DNA of 64,000 nt from Eledone cirrhosa (GCA_964016885.1 OZ024743.1:293570001-293634000), one strand, 5' to 3'; shown: positions 27,258 to 41,171, counted from the first letter of the stretch. The notes: generated by a model not told the origin, from the sequence alone. Program-made: numbers and translations.

Positions 27258-28150
27258 ATCTACCCATACATCGACCCTCTATCAATACATCCATATATCT
27301 ACCCTTTCATCCACCTAATCTACCCATACATCCACCCTCTATCAATACATCCACACATCTACCCTTTCATCCACCTAATCTATAATCTACCCATACATCC
27401 ATATATCTACCCTTTCATCCACCTAATCTACCCATACATCCACCCTCTATCAATACATCCACACATCTACCCTTTCATCCACCTAATCTACCCATACATC
27501 CACCCTCTATCAATACATCCACACATCTACCCTTTCATCCACCTAATCTACCCATACGTCCACCCTCTATCAATACATCCATATATCTACCCTTTCATCC
27601 ACCTAATCTACCCATACATCCACCCTCTATCAATACATCCACATATCTACCCTTTCATCCACCTAATCTACCCATACATCCACCCTCTATCAATACATCC
27701 ACACATCTACCCTTTCATCCACCTAATCTACCCATACATCCACCCTCTATCAATACATCCACACATCTACCCTTTCATCCACCTAATCTACCCATACATC
27801 TACCCTTTCATCCACCTAATCTACCCATACATCCACCCTCTATCAATACATCCATATATCTACCCTTTCATCCACCTAATCCACACATACATCCACCCTC
27901 TATCAATACATCCACACATCTACCCTTTCATCCACCTAATCCACCCATACATCCACCCTCTATCAATACATCCACACATCTACCCTTTCATCCACCTAAT
28001 CTACCCATACATCCACCCTCTATCAATACATCCACATATCTACCCTTTTATCCACCTAATCTACCCATACATCCATATATCTACCCTTTCATCCACCTAA
28101 TCTACCCATACATCCACCCTCTATCAATACATCCATATATCTACCCTACA
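27258..28150. repeat. 60-bp minisatellite (~14 units) next to (CTAT/CCAT)n
   Basis: Unit acctaatctacccatacatccaccctctatcaatacatccacacatctaccctttcatcc, near-identical on consecutive 60-nt lines from 27421 to 27780. Confidence 0.95.
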
Positions 28151-28769
28151 TCCACCTATCTACCCAACTATCCATCTGTCTACCCATTTCTCAATCTATC
28201 CCCACCTCACTCACTCCACCCGTCTCCTGTCTTGCACTAAAACACTGGCTGGTTTTGTTTGTTGTTTTATCTATCTTTTGTGTGATAACTAAGTAAAAAA
28301 AATCACATTGCTGTTGATGTCTTAACTCACTCTTTAGCATATTGGTGTTGTTTCTGTGATGCTTATTGCCCTTGCATGCAAAACATTGTTTCACTTTGTG
28401 GCTACATTCCTTTTGGGGTTATATTAACCAAAAGCGACTTTCATGTGGTGTTTTCTTGTTTTTACTTATCTATATTGCAGTTATGAATGTATATTTTAAA
28501 ATAATCAGCATGGACCATCACCTAATTCCTCTTTCCATGTTTCACATGGACACCATGTTTTCATTTGGTGTGCTCATCTGTTTCTTCAACTGTTGTAGAC
28601 ACTATGTCGTTGTCAACTGTACACAGCATGTTTTGCTGTATATATGCATGTCTTCACTGGTTGTATACATTATTTGTGTTATACTTATATCACTACTCAC
28701 ATTTTCATTAATTGCAACACATTTTATTTGATGTTGTCGGCTTCTGTGTTGTGATTTTGGTTATAATCA

Positions 28770-29280
28770 AGTTAGATTGAAATATTCCTTTCGAGGAATG
28801 TGGTCAATTCTCTTAGACTCATCATGTTTTCTGTTTCTGTTGTCTTCTTTGTCTTCATTTGCAATCATTATTAGATTTTCTTTGAAATTTTAATTCTGTT
28901 CTGTTTGGTGTGGGCATAATGTCTTTATTGCAAAGAATGATACTTTGATGTCAGCACAATAAAGTAGACATGGGCACACTGATTTTGTCTTCTGTAGTAA
29001 TATCATGGTTTCATTTGTTTTGGATACTAGTTACCATGATTGTAATTTATAGTCCATTGTGATTAGGTTGTTGTGTGGACAGTGGAGATTGCTTCATTAT
29101 AGTGGAAACCATATTTTTATCTGTTGTCATCATCAGAGTTACAACAGACACTGTTCTTATCTTAAATTTGGCTTTGCTGGGGTGGGAATGTCATGTCATT
29201 TGGTTGAGTGGAGAACATTCTGGGCACTATCTTGTGGTTGTTTGAAACATGAATGCTTCATTGTCAGATCATCGTAGATT
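28770..29280 (-). mobile_element. Highly decayed LINE RT fragment (CR1/L2-like)
   Basis: Minus-strand CPCLLYCADIK resembles LLYADD(I/L)K; otherwise broken. Confidence 0.3.
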
Positions 29281-29289
29281 TGTAGGAAC

Positions 29290-29640
29290 CATACTTCTGC
29301 AGATATCACACAGCTTTGTTGCAGACATCATAGCTTTGCTGTAGATGCTATAGCTTTGTGGATAGTACATCTTTGTGGACACCACAGCTTCTGTGAATTC
29401 ACTACAGATTTGTTGTGAATACTACAGCTTTTGAAGAATCACTACAGGTTTGTTGTGAACATCACAGCTTTTAGAGAATCACTACATGTTTGTGGACAGA
29501 CAGCACAGCTTTTGGTGTATCACTACAGGTTTGTTTTGGACAGCACACCTTTCAGGGTATCACAACAGGTTTCTTGTGAACACTACAGATTTGCTGTTAA
29601 TATCACGACTTGTAGGGAATCACCTCAACAGTTTGTGTGT
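29290..29640. repeat. Degenerate ~39-bp (19+20) tandem repeat
   Basis: Recurring atcacagctttt...gaatcactacaggtttgttgtgaac. Confidence 0.75.
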
Positions 29641-30093
29641 ATTTTACAAATCATAATTTTTTTTTGTATTCTTGTTTATTTTATGGCATATATATTACAG
29701 GGACGCAGTCTGATTCAATGATTCAAACATTTGTTTTACAATCATGAGGTTTGGTGGTTCAGTCCCACTTCATGTCAATTTGCCTTTTACCATAGCCTTG
29801 GTTCAACCCAAATCTTGTGGGTGAAATTGGGTTGACAGAAACTGTTTGGACTGTACATGCAATTCAAAGGGCCAGTCTTGTCACACACTGTCATGCTGAG
29901 GCTTTGAGAATTATATTAAAGGTACAGATGCCTATGGAATACTCAAACACTCATTAATACATAGGCTGTGCCAGTTATCAAACAACTGGAATATCTGTCA
30001 TCAAAGTGATAGAAATCTATTTACTTTTCTTCTATTACAGGGACAGTGTGATAACAATAACTTCTACTCCTATAATATCTTTTGTTGAAACTT

Positions 30094-30560
30094 TAACCAT
30101 TTTGTTTTCATATTTCTAATGAAATACACTGACAATATGTTTCAATTAATTTTGAAAATAATAAAAATAACTAACATTTTCATTTGTAAGCTAATGTTTG
30201 GAACCTTATGCAACCCTTTTTGTACCACACTGTCTGATACTACCCTTTGTTCTACAATTCAAAGCAGTTTATTTTAAGGTGTTTACAATTATCTAAACAC
30301 CTTCCATAACAATTTCATGTAAAACCTTTAAGTCATTTTCCAGACACCAGATTAATAATGAGGACATTAGTTATATTACTAAATGCCTCCAAATTCTTGA
30401 TTATTTTCAAAATGATTTGAAAATCAGAGAAGTGTCTTTCATTTAAATTGTGGTAAATAAGGTGTTCAAAAAAAGTTCTTACATAAAATAAGTGAGATGG
30501 TTTAAATATAAGTATAAACACTAGAAAATTGGCAGTTTTATATCAGAACCAAGGTGGTGA
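30094..30560 (-). mobile_element. piggyBac-like MITE interrupted by an oppositely oriented copy of the same family (30211-30470)
   Basis: Outer halves align with the 11717 copy; the inner piece aligns with the 25488 and 51714 copies. Confidence 0.55.
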
Positions 30561-33108
30561 GTAATTAGAAGATCAGCTAGAATGCTTTATAGTGTTCATT
30601 TCTGGGTTCAAATCCTGCCTAGGTCAAGTTTGGCTTTCATCCCTTCAAATTTGATTTTAAAAAAAGTACTGATCCAGCAGTGGAGTTGATTCTTCCTTGC
30701 TCTCTATCACACTCTCACCTTATTTGGAATAAATAGGCTGTGTTCAGATCTTGAGAGGGATGGGCTCCCAAGAAATGCTCCATGTAACCTGCAGGGTTTC
30801 CAGGTGCATGCATACATACCAGGACCAATAACAATTTCAGGGGGGTTGTACACACAAGGTTTAATGTTGTGTGTGTGTAGACATTGAAAATTGAATTCCT
30901 TTCTAGGCATCCTCAATATATTTTATGGGTTCTGACCATGATAGAGCATCCACGCCATAGTTTTTTATTACCTTAAATGATGAGATGGTCATGGCTGGAA
31001 CTCTTTTAATCATAATTGCTGGATCAGGGATGGTCTGATACTAAACAACAACATAGCCATCTGTGTATGAGAATAATATATTCATGTGTGGAGCTTCTAC
31101 CTTTGTTATGTGAGTGGTTAATGACAACTGAAGTAAGCTTGCAGGCTGTAAAACCAGTTAGTTCAAGAATTATGAGTTTATAGGTTTGTGAATTGATACA
31201 GCAACCTCAATACTGCACAGCTGCAAGTTCAAGTCCTGTTGTTGGCACTCTGTTAATACTTTGTTTTAAGTGTTTGTTCATTTTGCATATTTTTGAGTAA
31301 AAACAAGCTGTGATGCATGTATGATTGTGTGAGACAGAGAGCCAAAAGAAAAAGAGAGGGACTAATGTTGAAAGGAGATTAGTGTTCAGTGTATTATGGT
31401 GGTGTTAGTGGTGATGGTATTGCTAGTGGTGGTGGTAGTAGATATTGATGAATCAGTAAACTTCTCTGCTGTAACTGAAATCACAGACATACCACATGTC
31501 ATTTATCAACAAATTCCGCAGAGGTCATTGATGATTTGAATTTTTATGTGGGTGGAGAGTTAGCTTCCTGTCCTTCCACTCTCGTCTCGTTACCCCACCT
31601 CCAGCTGATATGTCCTTGGGAAATTAGTCATTAATCGATGATGTGTAAACAGTCTTGTGTGTTTATAGAGAACATTGCAGCAAATAAGCATTAGAGGAAT
31701 GTTCTTCAGACAGATGTATTTGATGATGGTGTTTATAATCATCATCATCATCATTACCACAACCCCTATCATTATTTGTTAGCATCGTTACTGCAAAAGC
31801 AGTGTGCACTGCTCCTTCCAACAGTCCAAAGCAATATATATATATTTTTAAATAGCATATATACAAAGTGATAGACAGATAAGGAAAAGATAGGAGAGAA
31901 ATATAAGAATTTTGGTTACGGTAATTTGATGTTTGGGTGAGTTGTAAAATAATAAAAAGCACATCGCTGTATTGCAGCTCCAGGTAAGGCCAGACGAAGC
32001 AGACTGACCTATGGCATGTGAGTAGTAGTTTGACTACTGGATCAAATCCATGAATGCATTGTATTTCAATATTCAACTGGTGTTCCTGTGGGGATCATCA
32101 TGTTTCTGACATGATTTACTATGTTAAGGTGCTAGACTTCAACCAGTAGTCGGTAAAAGTTGGGCAATTGAGGTGTTCTTTGTGGGATCTCAGACCTTTT
32201 CAATTTTATTTTATATATACATGCAGGTCTTAGGCAATACCAAAGATGTCAAAAGCTATTATGAGCAGAAAATACTGATCCCTAACTTAACTACTTGATC
32301 CCTGGCCATCCACATGGAAAAATTCCTAGTTATTAATTAAAATTGGGTGGGGAATAAATGTACAAACTTGACAACAATCATAGTAATACTTTACTGAAGT
32401 GAAGAACTCAAGCTAAAGTAACAATGTAAAATGATAGCTCAGTTGTTCAACAGAAAGTGGTGTAAATAACAATGTTAAACTGATGGTGTGGCAGAAAAGA
32501 ATACTAAACTAGTAGACTATAGTCTAATATTATTAGGAACACAATGCTGAACTGGCTGGTTCAAATCATTTTAATCAGTGTAGAAGTAAAGATAAGGAGA
32601 AAGATATGTCTAGTGGTGGTTGTAGTGGTAGTAGTAAATAGAAATAGTCATGGTAGTAGTGGTGATGGGGTAACTTACTGATTGTGGTGTTAGTTTTCAC
32701 ACATTGAGAAAATTAGCAAGGTGTATGTATCTATGGTGATAGCATACTCCCTTCCACCTACCACAACACATATGTGTTGTTGGAATTACATGACTGGCTG
32801 GAGAAGAGGGTGAGGGACTGTCAGTGGATTGTGCAAGAGTCCCACTCCCTGAAAAGTAATTTTCTTTCCTCTGACAGGTGATGTAACATGTGCACAGGTA
32901 GTCTAGTGGAGGAGGAGAGGAAGGATTTAGAATAGAAAGAGTCGAAGAAAAGAAGAAAAATAAAGATATTGGAAGTGAGTAAAACATGTGGTGGAGAGAA
33001 GCTGTTTGTGCAAACAAGGGATAAAAACAGGCGGTGTTAAAGTCTTGGGAAATGTGTTAACCCTTTTGTTACTATATTTTTAATCAGATACACTGCTTAT
33101 ATGACACA

Positions 33109-34002
33109 CTGTATATACTCGAATATAAGCTGACCCCCTTACTTTATGCCTGAGAAATGGGCAAAAATCCAAACCCCGTTTATAAGCAGAGGCAGCTAAT
33201 CCACACATGGTGTGATTTAGAAATTCTCATGTGTGGATAAAATGTTTACGATGTCTTAATAATTTGATATTTAAAATGTTTTATGTGTCATTTAGAGAAT
33301 AGTTTTTGTTTCACAAATCCACTGCATAATGACTGTTTTATCATTTCATCCATTTTATAAAGTTTCTCAGTTGAACTCAGAAACCTGTTACACATGCAAG
33401 ATAATCACTGCAAGGTACTGACAAAACCCCCAAGTGAAATAAGGCACCACTCTGCCACATTTTTAGAAAATTTTATTTCTTTATATTTAGAAATTGTAAA
33501 AGCATGAGAAAATTCTAAATAAATATAATATAAAGAAATGGAGATATTTTTAGTTTAAGGTATTATTTGAAATAAAAATAGATATTTAACCATTATGTTA
33601 TGGAGATCATTAAACACACTAGGGGGAATTGAAGTGAATAGGGAATAGTTGAAAGAAATCAACTAAGGGTAGGAGGGTGAAGAGCAGCAGGGCAAAAGAA
33701 ATGATAGAGAGCTTGTGAAATAATACAAAACAAGATTGAAAAAAAAAAAGGTATGTGTAAGGGATAATTTTTTATTAAAAAGTTCAAATAATAAAAATGT
33801 GTTGGTAATGTTCTGAAGGCAATGACGATATAGTAAATGTAGAAAAACAGTGTTTCATTATGAAATAATCACTCCAGATATTTTAGTACCTTATTTACGT
33901 AGAATTTGATGTTGGTGAAAATCGGCAAAATATTGATCATGAATATAAGCCATCCCACCATTTTACCATCGGTTTTTTTGGTCACATATTCAAGTATACA
34001 CT
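33109..34002. mobile_element. pogo/Tigger-like non-autonomous DNA transposon nested in a piggyBac-like MITE
   Basis: TIR-like ends ctgtatatactcgaatataagctgacc / ggtcacatattcaagtatacac, with a subterminal gaatataagc repeat. The flanks rejoin as ttaacccttttgttactatattt...attagttttgaaaataat. Confidence 0.5.
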
Positions 34003-34884
34003 ATAATTAGTTTTGAAAATAATTTTACAATGGTTCTTATATAAAATTATGATTGATGATTTATATATATGTACATGTATGTCTCTGTCTCCCTCTCTTT
34101 ATATATAATGCTTGTGTCATGATAAAATGCACTGAGTACACTCTATAAACCAGTTAGCATTAAAACACGTATGTAGCTATAGAAACAATGTGCAAGATAT
34201 GATTATCTAACCTGTCTAGCCTCAGTTCAAGACAATCCATCTAATCCATGCAAGCCTGGAAAATATATGTAAAATGGCAATGATAATGACAATATATATT
34301 CTATGTGTGTATATATTTGTATCATGTAACTTAGCAGTTCAACAAAAACAAATTGATAAAATAAGTACCAGTGTTGAAGAAAATATGTTTTGGGCTCAAT
34401 ATGATCGTTTAAATCCCTTCATGATTATACTCCAGCATGGTCTCAGTTTAATGACTAAAGCAAGTAAAAAAATATATATATAAAGTATACAAAGTGAAAT
34501 AGAGAGAATAAGGGAAAAGTTTATATAATGAAATAACAAAAATGATGTGGGCTGTCTTATAAAAACATCCTACATAAGTCTATTGTACTTTGCAGTACAA
34601 AACATTATTTAACATAACATTAATTGAAGAACAATGTACCAAGTAGACCAAATGATTTGTTTATATTTCAAAATTATTTTAGAAATAGAAAACAGTGATG
34701 TTTTGGCTGTTAAGTGTTTTTGTTTCATATTGTCATAATATTCTTGTTCCAAATGTTGTTGTTTGTGTGTATGATATATATATATCAAAGTAACCGACAT
34801 ATCGCTTAAGGTTACCTAAGCTCAGGTTACAACTAATCTGTAATGAGGAGTGTATGTATACATATATATATATGTGTGTATGTG

Positions 34885-34924
<40 letters not shown>

Positions 34925-35630
34925 CATGCAGAGAGAGAGAGAGAAATGGAACTGTTTCATTTGTATGAAATCATCATTTATATGTATATATAATGAAGAT
35001 GCCTATACTCTACCAGTGTATTGAGTACCTTTTTTAACTGTGGTTACCCCCTGACACTCAGGAATCTACGTATTATATATATATAGTGAAGATGTACTGC
35101 CTAGATGTAAGTGTGTTGGGTTCAGTATTGATTGTATGTTCTTAGATTTAATCCTGAACTGGTCAGCGCATTGTGCCCTTGAGTATGGCACTTCATTTCA
35201 TGTGCTCCAATTCACTCAGCTGAAATAAATAAGTACCAGCATCAACTGGGTTTTAATATGACAATGAACTGGCATCCTGTACATGGAGGTATGTTGTACT
35301 TTCTATCATTTAACACCAATGAAATCCCAGCTGATAAACTTCAGCCTGATGAACCTTTGAGTTTGGAGCAGACATAACATTAACCTTATATATGTTAATG
35401 TATCTGTGTGCTCATGTTTGTATGTATGTAGAATTTTTCTCAGTCTGTGATGTTTTTTTGTTGTTTTTATTTTTTCCAATGTTACCATTTAAATGTTTAC
35501 TTTGTGTCATGTCATTATGTCTTTATTGTAAGTACAGTTTGGTTAATGCCCTGGCGGTTTTATTACAGTCTGTTGTCATAGTTGTTGATATTGTCAGTTT
35601 CATCAACTTGCTTGAAAGGTAGTTGTTTAT

Positions 35631-35662
<32 letters not shown>

Positions 35663-35670
35663 TCTCTATC

Positions 35671-35708
<38 letters not shown>

Positions 35709-38700
35709 TCTCTCTCTCTTTGTGTTGTTTTATTGGGAGGATTTTGATGTTTGTTGTTATTACAAACAATGTTTGAGTGCAACTATAGTTTATATGCTGA
35801 AGGTAAAAAAAGAATGCTGTAATAGGAGAGTAAGGAAAAACTACACTTAATTCATTATCAAAACAACAGCAATCTAGAGGTGGTGAGAGCCACAGATGGG
35901 CCTCAGACCTTTAAAAATTATGTGTGAGATATGATACAATATACATGTGGGTCATTACAAAATGAAGTTGCTGATCTCTGGTTGAAATAGTAATTTTCAT
36001 CAGAAGATAATGTTCTTGCTATATTCATCGTCATCATCATTCTTTTTTATGGTTTCTTTTCTATGCTAACATGGGTTAGTTGATACTTCAAGCCATACCG
36101 TGTGGGATTTGAATAATTGGGTGTGACCAATTACAAAAAGTGTTTTGTCAGACATTCTACTGATTCCACAATTCATTTGGTGTGTGTGTGTATACACACA
36201 CACACACACATATATATATATATGAGAGAGAGAGAGGTAGGGATTTGGTATATGGAAAATATACAGAAGCCCGTTGAATGTATATATATATGTGTGTGCG
36301 TGTCCATGTTTGTTTATGTCCTACAACTTAGCAGTTTGCCAAAAAATAGATTGATAGAATAAGAAAAGAGTAAGTACCACGGTCAATATAATTAGCTAAA
36401 TCCTTTTAAGATATGCCCCAACAAAACTGCAGACTATTGACTAAAACCTTTAAAAGAATGAACATATATGCGCACATGCATAAAATGATGGGTGTGAAAC
36501 ACAGTAGTGTAGAAATGTGATTGGGACTTAGATATATATTTACTGCTGCTGCTGTTACATATATGATTTAGGTGGGTGAAGGAATTGAAACACAAGTTCC
36601 CATTGCTCTCGTTAAAAAAGCTGTTAATGAAAACCATGTGGAGGCACTTTAGACCATAACAGCTTTACAAACATGCATCCATTACCGTATATTTCTTCCC
36701 CTGAGACATTCAGTTTGTTTACAGTCCTAGATTACAATCAACTCAATAAAGAATTGCAATGTTTAATAAATAACCAATTTGCTGTATTTAAACTTGGTAA
36801 AATGAGTTGTGTTGAAGGTGTTATGTTTTCTGTTTTGTTCGTTTATTTTTATTTTTTATTTTGTAGGGCTTGGTGTATTGTTGTATGTTTAACATACTTT
36901 GAAAAATGTTGAGAATGTTTTACATTACTGACCTATCATCTATTGAACTCTCTCTCTGTGTAACTTTTACTTTATGAGATGAAGTGTAGATGTAGTATAG
37001 TCTGCAGGGAATGGGAAATTTACTTTATAACATTACAAGAAATAATCAGCTTTCAATATTCAGATGGAAGGATTAGTTTACATAGGTTTTCTATGTTTCC
37101 CTATATTTGTTTGTTTTTGCCTTTCATTTCGTACTTTCTTAATGAAATATGGGATAAAAGAATGTTGACTGAAGTGCTTTTTAGTGCTTTCATTTTGAGT
37201 TCAAATCTCAATATGACATACTTAGGAAATCGACTTAATATTTCACCTGGTTTAAAACCAATATCCAGTATTTGGGTACATTTAATTGATTCCTCTCTGT
37301 TGCGAGCATTTAGACAAGGAGCCCAGTTTGAGAATGCCTCACTTGAAGGCCATGGGAAGTATCATAGGCCCTGCCTTTCCCTTCCATTAAAAACAAAATG
37401 ACAACAATATAGAGAGTGGTTGGCAGAATTGGTAGAGCATCTGATGAAATACTTTGCAGCACAGCATATCTTTTTGTTCTGAGTTCAATATTTGTCTATG
37501 TCCATTTTGTTTGGAAAGGAAATGATTGACATGATCCCAGACCTCATTCACTTACCGAGTGGAGTGGAACTTGTCAATTTAGACCAAGAAAACAATGTTT
37601 CCACTGGTCTTGCCATTGCTGATACTATTTCCCAGTTGCAACCCCTGGCAGAAAGAGCAATGTAAAATAAAGTATCTTCCTCACCTGGTTCAGGAAACAA
37701 ACTTGTGACCTGTGTTTGAGGTTGATAAACTGGGTACAAGTCAATGGAAATAAGCACTGGAGATATTTGTGATTCTCCATAGCAGCAGTCTCTACTAGTA
37801 GTCCATAGAACTGCAGGTCTCTGCAAATGTACTGTATTGAGCTTGTTGAGTAGACAGACCTTTCAAATATGATGGTAGTAAATAGCTTGGTAACCGTTGC
37901 ACTATAGACTAGAAAGTGGGGCTCCAGCATGGCTACATACCCCAACAAATGAAGCTTGTAGAAAAATAAACTGTATATTTGAGCAGAAGTATTAATCAGT
38001 GTCTCGTGTTTCCTATTAAGCTGATTGGGTGAGATAATGTTGTGATGCTGTGCTGTTTCCAATTACAGTTTCTTAGTGAAAGAAGAGTATACCTCATCAT
38101 ATGGTTCTAGAATATGCTGTTTAAACCAAATAGTTTTTTTCTCGCAACTATAGTTCCATGCCACTGCCATCAGCAGACAAGAACTGTTTTATCACTGTAT
38201 TAACTGTATTAAGATACTAGTCTTTTGTTTGTAACCATTTTTCATTGGCTGGTTTTTAATGTTGTTACATTGTGACATTGCCTATGGATATCATCATTTC
38301 ATTGTCCAACACATACATACATATATATATATTTATATATATATATATAGTTAAAAAATATATATGTATATAGTTTAAAAAAATACATATATATAGTTAA
38401 AATATATGTATATGTAAATATATTCAGATGTGTGTGTTTATATATATATATATACAATATATATATATATATATATATATATTAGTTAAAAATGTATGTA
38501 TATGTAAATATTTGCATGTGTGTATTTATATGTAATGACAGACATGCACACTAACTATATTGTATACACTTATATATTTGTTTTCTCATATTCACACAAG
38601 TGTTTCACCTCTCATTACTCAACACTTACCACTTTGCTTGTTAATCTCATTTTATAATTAGTTTCTAACTACAATTATTAAATACATCAATAGATTTTAC

Positions 38701-38747
38701 TACTTGATATTAACATATAATGCTATATTGTATTCATGTTTCTCTTT

Positions 38748-38778
<31 letters not shown>

Positions 38779-40016
38779 TCATACAGCAATAAACTTTGGA
38801 ATGTGCTATTGATCTCTGTTTAAATTGGTCATCATTTTATTTACAGAAATTAACAAAAGATTAACAATTTGCTATAAGGGGAAAAAAACAAGAAAAAAAA
38901 ATCTTTATTAACTCTTTGAGTACCAGTACTGTTTCTTTGGCATTTTATCACCCCAGGCATGAATTACATGTTAATTGTTGCTTTTTTAAAAAACAAACTA
39001 TTAAAATAACTATACAACAGATATCTAGAGAGTATGTACTTTAATGTTGTCTAGATCTGTGATTTAGAAACTGAACTAAAACATACCAATATGTCTCTTT
39101 GGCACAGTAGAGGTATAAGGTAAATAACCTACTGATACAGTTTTAGTACTGAAAGAGTTAGTGTACAATTTTATTAATGTATTAAATATATGAAAAAAAT
39201 GTATTTGTAATTTTTGTGTATTTTATAAAATGTTTTAAATTGAAAAAAGAAAAATGAATATATAGTCTTAGGTATGGTTGTGTGGTTAAAGAGTTTGCTT
39301 AACTAACAAGCAGATATCTGTTCACTTCCACTGCATGGCACCTTAGCCTCATGTTGACCAAAACGTTGTGAGTGAAATTTGATAAACATAATCTGTGTTG
39401 AAGTTAATTACACACACATTTATATGAGTGTATTTGTGCTTATATTTCCTATTTGTTTATATCCCATAACTTTAACACTTAGACAAATATTCTTTTACTG
39501 GTTTCAGTCATATGACTGATGCCCTAAAGGGATTTAATCAATCATATCGACCCCAGTACTTTTATTGATCTTTATATGTTGAACTGCTAAGTTACAGGAC
39601 ATAGATAAACAGTTAATGTAAAAACAGACCACCCTTCCTCACATACATACATGCTTCTGCATAGTTTCCATCTAACAAGTTTTATGCACAATTCATAGGT
39701 TAACCTAAGACGACATTAGAGGCATAAAGGTTCCATGCCTAGGAGCTGAACCCCAAAACGTGTCATTGTGATTTGAATTTCTTACATACCCATAGTTGTA
39801 CCTATATAATTATTTATATATATACAATTGTTGATATTTTTTCATGTTTCTCTATACTTATTCTTTTTTTATCATTAAATATTATAAGTAAAATTATCTC
39901 TATTTTTTTTTTTATGTTTACTGTTTCAAGCCAGTGGGCTGTGGCCATGCTGGAACATCACTTCATTATCTTCAGTTTCAAAAAAATAATAACAAATATA
40001 TATTTCTCTTCTGCAG

Positions 40017-40378
40017 ATCATCGACCAATTAACCCGAGAAATCATCTGACTACGGCTGAATTTATTCCGACTCCCATTTTTATCGGTTCGCTGGTTTTTG
40101 TCTTCCTGTTGGCAAGTGGTCTTGGATTTATCGTTGGCTTCAAAGTGAGCACCTGCAAAGATTCTCAGGACAACGACTCGACGATTGATGATGCCACAGC
40201 AAACCTGCGTGTGCACCAAGAGACCGACCACTATTATGCCAAACCAGATAATCGTGCTCCGACGAAATACAACAACTACTGGGACGGCTCTCCAAGAGCT
40301 GGCAAAGTACCAAACAATGGTTCTGAATTCCGACCTGTGAACACTTATACAAATGTTAAAGGGAAGACTTATTTATAG
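40017..40378 (+). CDS. Sema1a: Terminal coding exon: transmembrane helix plus cytoplasmic tail of a class-1 semaphorin-like protein
   Basis: tttctcttctgcag| acceptor, phase 1. TM segment IFIGSLVFVFLLASGLGFIVGF followed by KVSTCKD. C-terminus VKGKTYL* resembles the KVKKVYL end of insect Sema-1a (recognised from memory, no search run). Confidence 0.8.
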
Positions 40379-40417
40379 CCAAGGGAGAATAAAAATTATA
40401 TATAAAAATTAATGTGG

Positions 40418-40736
40418 TTATGATTGTTTTAAGAAAGCTAGTACAATGCAAAATAGGAATACAAGAGTGAAAATTAGTGTAAAGTAAAAAAAACAAAAGA
40501 AAACAACAGTTTACACTTTTACTTTATATCTCATGATATTTTCAGGTTAGGACCTCTTTTTCACGCAACACTCCATTTCTTTTCTTTTGACAAAAGAAGT
40601 CCTAACCTCGAAATATGAAATATAAAGTAAAAGTGTAAACTGTTGTTGTTGCTTTTTTTCTTAGTGTACTCTACTCTAGTTTTCACTCTTGTATTTCTAC
40701 TTTACATTGTACTGGCTTTCTCAACACAATTATAAT
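40418..40736. repeat. ~320-bp imperfect inverted repeat at the start of the 3'UTR
   Basis: agaaagctagtacaatgcaaaataggaatacaagagtgaaaattag / ctagttttcactcttgtatttctactttacattgtactggctttct, and aacagtttacacttttactttatat / atataaagtaaaagtgtaaactgtt. Loop about 40564-40587. Confidence 0.9.
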
Positions 40737-41171
40737 GAAAAATTAAATTTAAAAATAAAAAAAAAAATAAAAATGTGGAAAAAATTCCCAAAAGCAAAAA
40801 CAAAACAAAAAATAATCAACCGACTGAAAAATCTTATAACAAAAACAATAACAACAAAGACAACTAAAAAACAATAAAAGAACAAAATGAAAATAAAACG
40901 AAACAAACTGCAAAATATCATATGGGGGCAAGACACAACAAACCACTCCACTGTCGAAGGAGCGGGCGGTGGGTGGGTACTTTCATTATTGATAATTATT
41001 ACAAAATATGATCATTGTCATTAATAATTAATGATTATTTATCGATTACATCTATAATATGTTTTTTTTTTCTGTCTTCTTTTTCTTTTTAATATCTTAG
41101 TCAGTTCCAGTTATTATTAATCAGAAACCATTATTATTATTATTAAATGGCATTATTGTTATTATTATTAA

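Noticed and set aside
27258-28150. Regular repeats considered as a CRISPR array (also 29290-29640 and 62385-62540)
   Set aside because: Tandem units without unique spacers, eukaryotic context, no cas genes.
35598-35618. 21-nt in-frame microexon candidate (VSSTCLK)
   Set aside because: Poor polypyrimidine tract and a weak gtagtt donor; unsupported without RNA data.
39773-40016. N-terminal part of the 201-aa ORF
   Set aside because: Intronic read-through upstream of the acceptor at 40016, including SINE-like gctgtggccatgctgga.
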